Positions 33,457 to 52,215 of a stretch of DNA of 64,000 nucleotides are shown here, piece by piece (position 1 is the stretch's first letter; every line of letters starts with the position of its first letter). Both the position numbers and the translations under genes were made by a program. The DNA is from the human T2T-CHM13v2.0 reference genome, Homo sapiens. The notes beneath the pieces were generated by a model. The model was given only the letters and a program-made list of their open reading frames with translations, ran no database searches and was not told the origin of the DNA. Location of the stretch: assembly GCF_009914755.1 (NCBI RefSeq), contig NC_060929.1. The stretch is one strand, 5' to 3'.

Positions 33457-33864
33457 TTTATTTTAAATAAATGGTTTTTTTTGTGTTCCTTAAAAACAAA
33501 ACAAAAATCACAAGTTTAATACTAATCCTTTGAAACACTGTACACTAAACAAAGCCACCTTACTCATGCAGCAAGTTGGTCTAAGTTCTCTTCTGTTTGC
33601 CAGATGATTCTCAATAACTTCTGCAAACAGATTCCTCTTCAACAGTTTATATGCAAGAGGTAAAAGCTGGCCAGCAACTTTACAAAAATAATGTGAGCCA
33701 TAGCAAAAGAGGTCCATTTTCTCAACTCAAGCCCCGTGCCATAGTCAGATTCATTAGCAAATGGCACAAGAGTCATCATTTCCTGAATAGGAGCAAAAGC
33801 TTTTAGTCTCTCCTCTTCACTTACAGCCTCAATTATTGTCTTGCAAATTCTCTTGAGGTCAGCG
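33457..33864 (-). pseudogene. 5'-truncated processed pseudogene of HPF1 (histone PARylation factor 1, C4orf27)
   Basis: Two overlapping minus-strand frames give [31 protein letters not shown]...[12 protein letters not shown] and [38 protein letters not shown], the HPF1 C-terminus; frameshifts; ancestral stop at 33566-33564; short 3'UTR; degenerate TSD gtaagagctagaaatc / gtaaaaggcctagaaatc. Confidence 0.9.
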
Positions 33865-34719
33865 GTAAAAGGCCTAGAAATCCAAGTTTGCATATACCAA
33901 AGACATTCCTTGCACAAATTCTTTCCTGATCTCCCAAAGGATGCAAGTATAACTGTTATGTGAGGTCAGACCTCATGGGGCTTTGACTCCATGGGCACAG
34001 GTTTAGGGCCTGGTCTTTTAGCCCTGCAGATCTGCCCCATTGACAGCCTAATGTCAAGAGATGCTGGACTGCTGAAAACTGTAGTACCTTATGCGAATTT
34101 ATGAGACTGTACTGGAAAGCCAATTTAGTCATTTACAGTGAGAAATATAACTGTCAAGAATGATTGGAAATTCTTGTAAGTCTGCACATTCTTTCCTTAA
34201 TAGGGAAGCATAGTTGAGAAAATCTAATTACATTCAGGAGTTTGCTTAATAAAAAAGGAATGAAATTGAAGAAGAGCATCATAGAGTCCTCAGAAATATT
34301 TTAAGCAGACCATGGTAGCCTGATTAGTCAACTTCTTCCTTTAATAGCTATCAAAGATCAGCAACCTTTTTCTGTAAAGTATTGGATATTCTATATTTTC
34401 AGATTTTGCAAGCCATCTCTGTCGAAACTACTTAACTCTGCGGTTGCAGAGAGGCATGGGTGATATGTAAACGAGTCGGCGTGGCTGCATTCTTACGGCA
34501 CTCCCCCTGGATATCATGCAGACTACAGCTCCGTGGGGGTGACCAGATCTCTCCCCTGCACAGTCTGAAGATGACACATTCTTACTGTCAGACTCACTTT
34601 CTTCATTTCAGTAACCTTTTATAATGCCTTTAAGCTCTGAGACAAGAGAAAAATTGATCTGATTTTAGTTCTGAGTATCTGGGTTAGATAAAGGAAAATA
34701 TCTTAAAGTCCATAGTTAA

Positions 34720-35053
<334 letters not shown>

Positions 35054-35928
35054 GGGAGATTTTTTTCTTAGAGGCAATGGGCATGCAAATGATGAATATA
35101 AGTTCTTGTGTCTTGTTAGAGAGTAGATATTCTTCCTTCCTTCATCCTTCTTCCCTCCTTCATTTCATTTCTTTCTTCCCTAATGGTCTCCTTCTTAAGC
35201 CTCCGAATTTCCGGTCATCATTGTTAAAGTCTTATTTGTCTTTACTCTAAATGTTTTACAGACTTTTTGAGATACATTATTACAAGCATCTGGTATAGCC
35301 AGCTTTCCTTTGAAAAGTGGTTACAGCGTTTGTGATCACTGGGAGAGAAAGGCTGCCAGTGTCAACTACACACTTGTGTTGGGCTGGGAGGTACAACTGG
35401 GGAGCTGCCTAGCAGAGATAAATAATACAGGCTCCATCTGTAGGGAATGCATCCTGTCCACCCTGAAGATTTCTGTGCCAACAGTTACCAAAATGCTTCC
35501 CAGACCCTGCTTCAACCCCATTAGAGGGCAAGATGCTGTTTCTATATGATAAAGTGAAATATTTTCCTTTCCCCCTAGTGTCACAGAGCCCAAAATCCAA
35601 GACAAAGCAGATTTTTAGAGGAATGCCATATGGTCAGATAATTCAGGAATGGCAATTGCTCCTTTTTCTAATCCCCAGGAGTCCCCAGTATTGATTCCAT
35701 AAACCTGCTTGCTTGGGATTTTATCCTGGGATTTCCCAGGATATATTTTTAAACTGCTTACTCCCTTTTACAAATTCGTGTCATATTGATCCAGAGGACT
35801 GGCTTCTTACAGATACCCAGCCCCAGTGAGAGTCACAAATCTGAAGGGGATTGAGACCACTCATGTGTTCATTGATGGACCAGGTGCTCTGAACAAATGA
35901 AGTGTATTCATTGAAAAATATATATTTT

Positions 35929-36272
<344 letters not shown>

Positions 36273-36662
36273 ATACCTGCTACATGCCAGGCATTGTTCT
36301 AAGTGGTAGGAACCCTGCTGTTAATGAAACAGCATGTTTTGCTTTAATGAAGCTTATGTTATGTGAGGTGGGAAATGAGGATGACACAAAACAAATAAAT
36401 ATATAATGAGTCAAGTAGTGATACAAGCTATGAAGAAAAATACAGCAGGACAAAGCAGGTAGAGACCATTAGAAGTAGGAGGGGTTTCTAGTTAGTTAGC
36501 AGGGTGCTTGGGGAAGGCTTCTCAAATATGGTGATACTTGAGCAGAGACTTCAATGTAGTGAGAGAGGAAGCCATGTGGGTACAGCGTGGATACGGAGGG
36601 AAGAGAGGCCTGGGCAGAGGAAACGGCGACCACAAAGCCCCTAAGGGCTGATCTGTCTCAAT

Positions 36663-37120
36663 TGTACCCGCAGGATTTTAATTTATGGTGGCTGAGTGAC
36701 AACCTGGAGAGGTTAATGCCATTGAAAGAAGAATTTATTACTTATAGTTTCGGAGAGGATGGGGCAGGCCAGGCCACACTGGGCCACCTGGGGAAGCAAT
36801 AGGTGTGGTCAGGAGGTAGGAGCAAGGGGAAAGCATAGTTTAGAGCCTTTATTGGTGTTTTTGCAAGTAAGGCAAGGCAAGGCAGGGGAGACTGCTTAGG
36901 AATGTCTAGTTTAAGTAATGTCACTGAGCTTTGGGCTATAGGGGTTGTCTTTAGTTGTCTGGTACCTGGCTCTGGGTGATTTAAAGCAGGGAAAATCCTG
37001 GTGTGGTTTGTACAAGTTAGATAAGAAGGTGGTTCAGAGTATGAGATCTGGATCACAGGGAAAATGGAAATAACTTTGGCTATTAGTCTGATACTGTTAG
37101 ACAAATACGGAATCTAAGAA
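36663..37120. mobile_element. ERVL-class LTR (MER76/MER54-like, tentative)
   Basis: 'agagcctttattggtgttttt...cttagttgtctggtacctggctctggg' recalls this LTR group. Confidence 0.5.
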
Positions 37121-38461
37121 AGCACAGTTAGAATGTGATCATGTAGGGCCTTCCAGATCTTGTTAAAATTCCTACTGTGTGCAAGCTGGATATGCCTGGG
37201 AGGGCAGGAATACTTTGTTCAACACCAACCACAGTGAGAAGAGTAACAGCCATGCAGGGGAGTGCCAACTGCTGGTGCTCAGCTTTTGTTAAAATTCCTA
37301 CCTGCTTCCTGCTTCTGTTATGCTCTATCCCTGTGGTAATTTGTACAAGTAATTATAAGTTTTATTTGACTAATTTTGGCCTCCTTTAACATGCTTTGCC
37401 TTTTAATTTATATCCTATATATGTTATTGTTCCAACAAAAATAATAGTGGGACTTGTATCAGTGAACTTTCTAGAAAAAGATGTCTGTTGATCAAGATAT
37501 CAGGAAGAACTTATTCGTTTTGTTTTGTCATTAATCTTTCATTTCATGGAAGAATGTTTCATGAGATTGTTGCTTACTCATGCACAAGGACAATTTGAGG
37601 TTCTTTCTGTATACTTACAGATGCTTTCTTAAAAATTGAAGAGGCTATCTCATAGCCTAGCTATCTTTGTATTCACTTCTTTTCACTACAATTGAAAACT
37701 ACAGCAATTACTTAATACAGGGAACTGGAACAGCAAGAACTAGTGTTTGAATCATAGAAAATGAAAATGTTGCTTCCCACTTGTTGCATTCTAGCTTATT
37801 TAGTCTGAAAGCTAAAATGGCAAAATAAACAATGTTTTCCAGGAGCTGTCTCAGTTCAGATGACAAGGAAATGTCAGTTGTAGATTCAGTCACAGAAAGA
37901 CCAGAATTTCATTCATTCAGCAAATATTTACTGGGCATTTGCTGTGTACCTGGCACACATAGGACATTGTGCTGAATAAAACAAACTTTGTCCTTGCCCT
38001 CATGAAACAGAAGTCTAGTGAGGGTGACTGACATTTTAAAAAACAAAACAAAACACCTAAGTGCATATATAATTACAAATTGTGATTAGTGTCATAAAAG
38101 AAAAGCAAAGAGAGGGAAATATAATTTAGACCATAGAGGAGATAGCTAAGGAGATGTCTTTGAAGACACGTTTTTTGAACTGAGCTTAAAAGATGAATAG
38201 GAATTTCCAGTTACCTATTGTTGCATAATAAACTGTCCCAAACTTAGTGGCATAAAACAATACCATTTTATTATGCTAAAACATTCTTTAGGTCAGAAAT
38301 TCAATGAGGCATGGTGGAAATAGCATATCTCTGCTCTATAATGTTTAGAGTCTTAGCCAGGAAGACTTGAATGTCTAGGGGTAATGCAAACAGCTGGGGG
38401 CTGGAATCAACTCCAGGCTTCCTCACTCATATTTCAGGTGCTATAGTGGGCTAAATAGTGA

Positions 38462-38785
<324 letters not shown>

Positions 38786-39018
38786 TAATCTCTGGTACCT
38801 GTCAATGTGAAATACTTATTTGGAAAAAGGGTCTCTGTAGATGTAATCAAATTAAGATTCTCAAGATCATCTTGTATTGATGGTAGGCCCTAAATCCAAT
38901 AACTGGTGTCCTTAAGAGAAAATAGAGGGATATTTGAGTAGAGGAGAAACATGGAGGAGAAGGCAATATGGAGACAGAGGTGGAGGTGGAGATTGAAGTA
39001 ATATGTCTATAAGCCAAG

Positions 39019-39615
39019 TGTGGGGGAGGAAACACCTCTTCTACTCTCTTAGGTTCAGTAGCTGAGGCCTGCAAATCAAACTTGGAGAAGACTAGTTAAC
39101 ATGAGAAAAAAAACACAGAGTTTACTTATGTGCACAACATGCATGCATGAAGAAGAACTGAGTGATAAATAACTCAAAAGGGGTGGATAGAATTTCAGGC
39201 TTATATACCATTACCATCTAAACGAACAGCAATGGGTTTATTGAGAAGTGACAAGACAGGAAAAGGGATTTGGGCTTCTAGGGTCAGTAATTTGTGGTAA
39301 GATAAATATATGGAGGAAACTTATGGAAGATAAAGTTTGTTTGTGCAGACAGAAATCTGTCTGATGTTCTGTCTCCGGTGATAACGGTTGTTCTCCTCCT
39401 GATATGGCCGCGGTGCGGGACCACGAGGGGTGGGGTGGGGGGCGGGACAGTGGGTTGTAACACCTTCAGAAAGGGAAATTTGTACCCTGCCTTTAGGAAG
39501 AAACAGGGAGAATAGAGAGCTCCTTTTGCATCTGTTGTGTCTCAATTGCCTTCAGCTCAAAATTATCCTCATGCCTAAGTGGCATGTTTTGGGTGGCATA
39601 TTCTGATTCCCTGCA
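39019..39615 (-). mobile_element. ERV1-class solo LTR (MER34/LTR29-group, tentative) inside MLT1
   Basis: TG...CA ends, flanks caag/taag; MLT1 sequence resumes collinearly. Confidence 0.6.
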
Positions 39616-40348
39616 TAAGGAAGGTTAAAGATTGCCAGCTACCACCAGAAGCTAGGAGGGCATGGCACCTGCTATCCCCTCCCAACACTTTGAATACACA
39701 CTTCTGGCCTCCAGAACTGCAAGAGAATATTTTAAACCACCAGGTTTGTGGTAGTTTCTATGGTAGGCCTAGGCTGGGATACAGCAACTACATGTGATCT
39801 CCTGTGTGGCTTCAGCTGCACGCAGTGGGGTGGCTGGGTTCTGAGATGCAGCTTCCTGGGGGCAAGTGCCCCAAGAGTATGACCTTCAAGAGCCCAAGGC
39901 AGAAGCTGCAAGGCTTTGTCTTACCTAGCCTTGGAAGTCACATAATGTCACTACCACCATTCAGTCACAAGCCCACCCAGATTCAAGGAGAAGGGATAGA
40001 GACCCCATCTCTCAACTGGAGGCATGTCAAAGAATTTATGTTCATGGTCCATAGCCACCTCAAGGAGTTAGCCATTTGGGGAAAGCAGTAGAGTAGAGCC
40101 ACATTAATTAATCTAAATTAATTAAAATAAAATAAAAAATCAATGCCTCAGTCACACTAGCCACATTTCAAGTACTCAGTAGTTACATGTCTGTGCTGCC
40201 ATATTGGACAGCACAGACGTAGAACACTTCCATCATGGCAGGCAGTTCTACTGAACAGTGCTGCCCTAGACAGAGAGAACAGCATGGACAAAGGCTCTGA
40301 GTTAGAAAATAACTTGGCTCGTAAGAGAAACAGAAAAAATTGGCTTTA

Positions 40349-43260
<2,912 letters not shown>

Positions 43261-45113
43261 AAAAAAGCTGGCTTTAAGGGCATGTTCTGTGGCTGTATTT
43301 TGCTGCTGTATGCCCAGTGCCTAGCATATAAGGCCCTCACAAGATACTTGTGGAATGAAAGAATGCATGCAAATGGCTCAAGTATACCAAGTGTATCAAG
43401 CTGTGTCTCTTTAGAGTTACATATATACAGGCTGGTATAGTGACTTTATAATAATCAGAAACCCAGGGTTTTGGTTGAGGTTTCTACCTCATTATCCAAG
43501 ATATTTGCTTTTCAGCCAGCAGAAAGAAAAAGGAGAAGAGCTGCCACCCTTTGTATCCAGGATGATCTCTTCTTGAAATCCTTGATTTAATTATATCTGC
43601 ATGACCCTTTCCCCAACTAAGGTTATATCCACAGTTACCGGGGGTTAGCACTGGGACATCCCTTATTTTAAGAACATGTCTCAGAAAGTTGCACAAAAAA
43701 CTTCTACTACATCCCATTGGCCAATGATTCTTACATGATGACACCTGCCTTGCAAGAGAGGCTGGGATATGTACTCTTTATGCTGAGACGCACACGCTCA
43801 GCTTAAAAGGAGGGTTCTATTATTATGAAAGAAGGAGAGATGAGACATGAGGAGCAGTAACAATTAATCTCTGACATAGTTGTTTGCACATATGCATTTC
43901 CCACTAGACTAGAGTTCCTGGAGGAGAGGGAGCCAGTCTTACTCATCCTCAATCCTCAGCACCTAGCGTGATGCCTAGCATCTAATAACTCATCATCACT
44001 GATTGTGTGCTGAACTGCATGCTTGCTCAGATTTACAGTTGTTTTTGAATCCCAACATCTTTTTCAGATTTATTTCCTGGAAGCCACAGCTTTTTTCCCC
44101 TCCATTGGAAGCATGAAGAAATTTTTCTCCAGTCTTCACCCTGAGAATTTGGTGGGGCCCCTCAAGATAAAACAAAAGCTGGGGTGTGTCCCTAGAACTG
44201 GGGCATCTGGAATTTTTAACTCAACACTGCCCACAGTGAGCATTCAGAAATTTTCAATTTCAGTTTCGGTGTTCCTACCTGTGTGCTCCAGATGTGGGCT
44301 TCTACTCTTGGTAAGTTGGGATCCTCTTTATTTGCCTGTGTCTCCAATTTTCAGAGTGAGGTTTGTCCTGTGACTTCAATTTTCTGATGGATCTAAGAAA
44401 AGTATTGGTTTTCAGTTGGTTCAGCTTTTTTTCTTGTTGAGAAGATGCTTTAGGAAGGGGGTGGATTTGTAGGGACAATAGAGAAAAGGGAGAGCAAAGG
44501 TGAGGGACAGCGAAGGGAGGCAGGGCATGCAGAAGAACAAAGACCCTCCGGAGCCAGGACCTCCACTTTCCCGTGACCATGCCGCACCTTCCGCCCGCCA
44601 GGAATCTCTCTGCTGGCCACCCAATTCCTGCTGCCACTACAGCCTCCAATGTGGTGGTTTTCACTGATTATTCATTAGAATCCCCTGGGAGCTCCTATGA
44701 ATCCCTGCACCTAAGCTTATCCTAATAAAAAGCATCATAGAGGGTTTTAATGTGTAGCAGGTGCTGAGAACCAGTGATCTAGATTCTTGCATGTTAAAGA
44801 GGGGTGGGTCTATGGACCAGCAGCACTGACACCACCAGGGAGCTTGTTAGAAATGCAGCAACTCAGGCCCAATCCCAGAAATACCAAATCAGAACTTTCA
44901 TTTTAAAAGACCCACAAGTAAGATTTCTATGCCCGTTAAAGTTTGTGAAGTGCTGCCAAGATGATCCTCCTATCTCTCCAATTATTGTTGTTCTCTTGAA
45001 GCAGACATCTCCCTGGGAACTGCTACGTGAGCCAGGTGATGACCACATGATAAAAGCAGAGAAACTTACAACTCAGCATAGATGTTGTGCCTGCTGTGAG
45101 TCACCGGGGGTAA

Positions 45114-45447
<334 letters not shown>

Positions 45448-45888
45448 GTAACATGTTTTAAGTGGAGTGAATTAGATCTTCTGACAGGGGAAGGGGATTG
45501 AACTCTTCAGTCTGAAATACCAGTACTGGTTTAATTAGTCTGGATTGACCAGAGCAAAAAATGCTATAAATGAACATCCACCAGAGTTGAGGTTAGTTTG
45601 CAGGCTAGGGTTCAGTTTAAAAAACTTGAGTGGAAAAGCAGATAAAGCAAGAGGCAAAAGGAATGAACATTAGGAGTAAGGAAGTGAGGGGAGGAAGACC
45701 AGAGGCCAAGCCAGGTCAGGGGAAGAGAAGCACCACAGGGAGGGCTGGGGATGCAGAGGGAGGATGACGAGAGAGAGGAAGTGCAGAGGGTGGTCCTACA
45801 TACTGACTCCCCTGAGTCACAGGGATGCAATTCCTCAATCCTGGCTTACTTTTATAAGCTCCTTTCCTACAAGATCTCAGTACTTTGT

Positions 45889-46258
45889 TGCTATAGACTG
45901 AATGTTTGTGTCTTCCCTCCCCCAAATTCGTATGTTGAAATCCTAACCCCCAATGTGCTCATAAGAGGAGATAGAGCCTTTGAGAGGCAATTAGGTCATA
46001 AGGGTAGAGCTCCCATAAATGGGATTAGTGCCCTTATAAGAAGAGACACAGAAGCTTGCTCTCAATCTCTGCTCTCAGACATACGAGGATATAATGAGAA
46101 GACAGCCACCTGCAAACCAGGGAGAGAGCCCTAACCACACACCAGATCTGCCAGCACCTTGTTCTTAGACTTCCCAGCTTCCACAAGCGTGAGAAATAAA
46201 TGTTTAAGTCATCTAGCCTGTGGTGCATTTGTTACAGCACCTTGAGCTGACCGAGACA
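45889..46258 (+). mobile_element. MaLR LTR (MSTD/MLT1A-like)
   Basis: 'tgctatagactgaatgtttgtg...ccaaattcgtatgttgaaatcctaacccccaatg...gagaaataaatgtt...gaca'. Confidence 0.8.
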
Positions 46259-46916
46259 TTTGTGGAATAAAATATTAATAGGCATTTGTCTGGCATATTA
46301 ATGCTCACCAGGACCAGCGCAAAAAGCACAGGTTGGGTATAGCAACGAAGAGCTTGGACTTGGGAGCCACACAACTTAAAATCCCAATCTCAGCTCTGAC
46401 AGTTATTAGCTGGTGACCTCAGCCATATCTGTTGGCCTCCCTGGGGCCCTTTCTCATTTCCTGGCATGATACTGGCAATTACTTCATAAAAGCAAATGCA
46501 GAAAACCTGTGAAGCAAAATCACAATGCCTGGAATCTGTAAGATTTTATATATATAACATATTAATGCAATATATGTATATTTAGTAATATACACAAGGA
46601 GCTGAGACAATTCTTCTAAATGTTGTTGATTGAAGATTGTCCACCATTCCATATTAGTTGCCTAGGTTCCTTTTAAGTGACAGTGCTAAATGAGAGTAAG
46701 ATCACTTACAAAGTTATTTTCACTAAATTAATGTGTAGACCTTGTTTGGATCCTGATTTAAACAAATGGTGAATACAAAGACACATATGATACAGTTGGA
46801 AAATTTTGAAAATGGTTTCACTGTTAGACATTAAGGAATTATTCTTAATTTTGTTAGGTGTGATAATGGCTTAGTGGTTATGTCAGGAAAAAAGAGTTTT
46901 TGGCAGTTAGGAGACT

Positions 46917-47541
46917 CATAAGGTACATGGATGTGCTTTGGTCAAGGAATAGGCCGAGGTGGACATCCAGGCCAGAGTGACTCAGCGAGTTTAGGGCACA
47001 GGTGCATACTCCACTTGTTATATAACCTGTTTGTGTAAGTTCATACTTGGCTCTGAGCCCCTATTGTCTGTAGAAGGTATAACTGCCCTGCAGATGCTGT
47101 GCACGGGGCTCAGTTTGGCATGGCACGGCACGGCATGGCACGGCACAGCTTGCGTGCTGCTGCCCAGAGAGAGAGTAATGCTGGGGACCCCTGTAAGGGA
47201 GAGCCAGTTGCTTCGAAGGCAGACAGAGGGGGAGCCAGGAACTGGCTTGTGCCCAGAGGGAAAGAGTTAGGCTGCTGACCCTGTGGCTGGCCTTGCAGGC
47301 CAGGGAGTGCAGCTGCAAGCATGGGAGTGGCAGGAGCCACAGAGCCAGAGCAGACAGGTGGACAGTGTAAGAGAGCTGCTGATGAGAGAGCTGCTGAATA
47401 AAATTACATTTCACCTACTTACAGCCCCCCGAGTGTTCTTTCAGCTATTCGCCCATCCACCCACTTGCCTCAGACCTCAGCTGAGGCTGGAATCTAACCC
47501 CAAGCAGGACATTTGGCATAGTCGTGGCCGTGGACCTGACA
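46917..47541 (+). mobile_element. LTR18B-like solo LTR (ERVL/HERV18)
   Basis: 'taaggtacatggatgtgctttggtcaaggaataggccgagg...gagtgactcagcgagtttaggg' matches my recollection of the LTR18 5' end; AATAAA near 47397; ends 'cctgaca'. Confidence 0.75.
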
Positions 47542-49341
47542 CTGTTGAAATATTAGGTCAGAACACAGAATATTGCCAATAGTTGACCACTTCTGACCTA
47601 CAAAAACAGCAGTTTCATATGGTTCAATCTATTATTAACAAGTAAAATAATTTGATATCTAGAATTATTTTAAAATATTTCTGTGGGAAAATGGGGTGAA
47701 GGGGTGGATAGATGAAATAGGATTGTCAAAATATTGACAATAGTGGGTCTGAGTGATGAGGATGTTGGGATTCATCATGCTCTTCTCTCTCTCTGTTTGT
47801 GTTTGCTTGAAACTTTCCATAAGTTTTGTTTGGTATTCCACTGTGTATTATGACTACAAGGTAGTTTTTATGACCATAAGTGAACTTTAATTTAATTTTG
47901 TGTAAACACACAAAAAGGAGAGATTGAATTGGGCTGTGTAAATGAACCTAAGGGCAGGTGGAGCTGGTGTCACCAATGATTGATTGACTGCCTTGAACAT
48001 CTCGAGGACCCCCTCTGTCATTGTCTTTCTCTTCCCTGTTCCTTTTGGAACATTAATTCGCTGATACAAACTTGTCCAAGTAGTGGGGTGTGGACACAGA
48101 GAGAGCTGTGCTGGGCTAGCAAGCCCACATCCTTATGTTTTGTGATTAAAAAAGAAAAAGGAACAAGAGGTTCTTATTCTCTGGCAGGAATTTAACAAGT
48201 CCCAAGAGCCCTGATTAGCCCCGTTTAGATCAGGCGCCCACTCCTTAGACCAATTAGTGTGGCCTTGGCTGTGAGAGGCTGTAATTGGCCCAGCTTGGGT
48301 CACGTGACCACCTCAGTAGCCAGGAGGGCTCTTTGTGCTCTGAAGATTCTGGGATGGAAGAAGGGCTGAGTAGACAGAAACACTAGCCACCCTTATAAGG
48401 TTTCTGGTTCTTTGCACTAGCTATTAGATTACAAGCAGTCTGATCACAGATCATGTCTTTTTCCTTACCAGTTAATTATTTGTTTCCCCAGTTTTTATTT
48501 CAAAGTTTAAAGACCTGGTTGCAAGGCTTGTTGCAAAACAGAATCAGCATTCCCCCTTTCCTTTCCTTGGAGGTGACTAGTAACTCTCTGAAGTGGTTCT
48601 TTTGGTTTTGCTTCCACAAATTGGAGTGACATCTTTCTATTCCTCTATTTGGTTTTTCAGTTACAGGCATTGTCTACCTAGTCCGATCATTGAGATGATT
48701 TTGATGTCTTTCACACCCACCCACACTCCTACCCAACATATTCATCCTTTCTATCCCCTCATGTTGCCTGTAAATTATATCAGTAGCATTGATTAGGTCA
48801 ATATTTAACATTTACACGATCCTGAGTATGTAAACTCTATCTCTAGCCAAGCTACACCTGCACCACTTTGTATTCTCCTTAGAGTTCATAATTTTTTTCC
48901 CATGGAAATTTTTTCTTAGCTGGGTAGAGGCCATCTCACTAGCATACATCTTTGTTTTATAGAATTACACATACGTCTGAACTCGAGATTTCACCCCCAT
49001 GATTTCAGGTTACTCACACCCTCCAAAATTCATTTGTTTTTCATTGTATTTTATAAAATAGTTACAAGTATGGCAGCCATGCGGTTGAAAACAATTTTAG
49101 GAGGACCTATAGTTACAGAAATGCATCAAATTTGGTCATTATTTTAAAAATATAGATAGCTACCTCTTCAACAATGTAGAGAAAGCATATAAAACAGCAT
49201 ATAAAATATTTCTGAACTTTTAACTATAGTGTCTTAGGATCAAGAGGTATGTATGCTTATTGCAAAATTTGGTGGTTTCTAAATATTAAAATCAGCCTAA
49301 TGCTTGCAATGTTGAAATAATGTTCAGGAAAGATATCCTAA

Positions 49342-49510
49342 CAGTGGTTCTCAAAGCATAGTTTAGAACAGCATCAATCTCACTTAGGAACTTGTTAGAA
49401 ATGCAAATCTCCCTCCCCTTTAATGAGAAAGAGGGAAAGGCGGGGAGCAATCTGTGTTTTAGAAGGCCTCCAGATGATTCTGATGCAGACTGGAGTTTGA
49501 AAACCAGTGT
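49342..49510. mobile_element. MER5A hAT MITE
   Basis: cagtggttctcaaa ... ttgttagaaatgcaaat ... gattctgatgca ... tttgaaaaccagtg. Confidence 0.8.
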
Positions 49511-51514
49511 CCTAGACAAACATTGTGTAAGTTAGGGATCATGTCCAGCTGTTAGTAATAGAGACTTGAGATGACAGTGGCTTAAAGCACATACCAAGTT
49601 TTTCCTTACATAAAAGGAGACTGCAGGTAGGTAGTCTTGGATGATTCAGATGTCATATTTTCACTCTGTCCCTGCCATATAACTCCCATCCTCATGGTTT
49701 TAAAATGGTTGCTGAAATTTCAGCTATAACAAACATTCTAGGCACAGGAAAAAGCAAGAGAGATGGGGAGAAGGCAAGCTAGGTAAATTACCTTCCAAGC
49801 GCACTCTCAGATGTCCCACCCAGTGACTTAGGCTTTAAACTCATTTGCCCACCACCCCATAGTTGAAAGGGAAGCTGGGAATTAACAGCTGGTCACATTG
49901 TTGCTCAGAATATAACCAGGGATGCCAGAAAGAATGGATATTAGAAGGAACTAGCAACTTCTAGATCCTTCCTGGAATGGAGTCAGTCATCAAAGTTAAG
50001 CCTTTAAGAACATTATTCTGAAATAGCTCTTTACTACCCATGCATTAAAACACCATCTTTTATCTGCTAGAGGAAAAACTACTTCCTTGTTTTAGGCAAA
50101 AGTCTTGGCTTACTTTGAGAATCTGAAGAGCCATTTATCAGAATAAATGAATACAATTTCACATAAGTAGAGGCTGTAGTTGTATACATCAACCAAGCAT
50201 CCTGCACAGTTTCTGAGAAGTTGATTTATAACAAACATACATGAAAAACAATCAATTAAAAACTCCATTCTCTTCAGGATTATAATTTCTCTCATGGAAA
50301 TGCATCATAAGGAAGTAATTCAAGGAGAAGCTGTACGAACAACACTGTTCATAGCACTGTTATTTATGACAGCAAAAAAAAAAAGTAGTTTACAATTCAA
50401 ATGTCCTACAGTAAAGTAGAGGCTGAGTGAATTGTGGTATGACCATTACATAGCCATAAAGACCATGTAGCAACATGGCAGAGTGATTGTAAAAATATTG
50501 GCAGTGCGGGCAAATGTCAAAACACGTGTATGTAGATAAGAGCATTCAGAGAACTATAATGCTTTTGTCAGGATGTTAGAATTATGAATATACGTGGTTT
50601 CTGTTTAATTTCCTTTATTGTTCTATGAGAAACAACAAAGAACAAAACAAGAAACAAGAAGAACAAAAAAATAAATTTACCCAGGTTCCTGGCCATGATT
50701 TTCCCTGAGATTCTTTTCTGGCTGTTTGTCTTATGCATGATTCAACCGAGGGTGCTCCAGGAGGGCGTGCTTTGCTGCTCTGTGGGAAGGTTGTATGTAA
50801 GGCCCGATGAAGAGTCTTCCTGTGGCTTTGGTGTGTCCACGTGGGTTAACACCCTGATCATCTGTCTCTGAAGCCGTTTGTTTTGCATCACCAGATTTTT
50901 TTTCCAGTACTGAGAACAAATTTACAATCATCTATTCATTCTCTCTTGCCACAGTTTCCTCATAATCAGTTTCATGTAACTAGAAGCCAATTGTCCCAAT
51001 TTAGGTGTAGATTTGTAGGTGCCAATGGGAACAAAAAAATATGAAACTTATGTAGGAATCAAATCAGTCTTTAATATGATGCTGTGTATAGACCTGCCTC
51101 ACCACCACTGGCACCAAAAAATAGTCCCCTGTTCCTGAAATTACTGTGAATTTGCACAGTTGTCCAGCTTGGTAAGAGCTAGAATTAACCTTAGGTTGAG
51201 TATAGTGTTTATTTTTTTAGGTTGAAGATTCCCCAAATGCCCCAAATTCCTTGAGATGGATTGAGATTTGTGAGTGAAATATGCAAACCCCTGGCATATC
51301 TACATACTGGGTAGGCTGGTGACTGTTATGGGTTTAGAAATGGTGAAAGAAAAATGGCCAGGGAGCTTCTCAGCGGGTGGGGGTTGATGATAACAAATAC
51401 TCAGCTCAGTAGAGCTGGGAGAACAGAGCAGAAGCTCATCAGGAATCCTCCACCAGCAAGGCCTGGGGACACTGGGGGTGTCTGCGTGCTCACAACCAAG
51501 GCAGGAGTCCTTCA

Positions 51515-51890
<376 letters not shown>

Positions 51891-52215
51891 CTATTGAAAA
51901 CTACTTCCATAAAGTAATCAAGCAAACAAGAGTATTTATCTTATTAATCTTACAGGAGAAACCAACCTGAAGTAGGAGGAAGACAGGTAAATCCTGGAAG
52001 ACTCTTTGAGACTTTACCAAATTAAATGGCTTAAGTTCATGTGCCTATATTGTGTATAATACACATGCTGAATTTCTTTTACACTGAAGTGAAATAAACT
52101 CTGCTCTTTAAATAAGGGGCAAGTGCCATAAACTGAAAGAATCTTTGTGGGGAATCAGCAAAACCAGAGAAAGGAAAGCTCATAAAGTCCAAGGGTTTGG
52201 GTTTTTGGAGCACAT

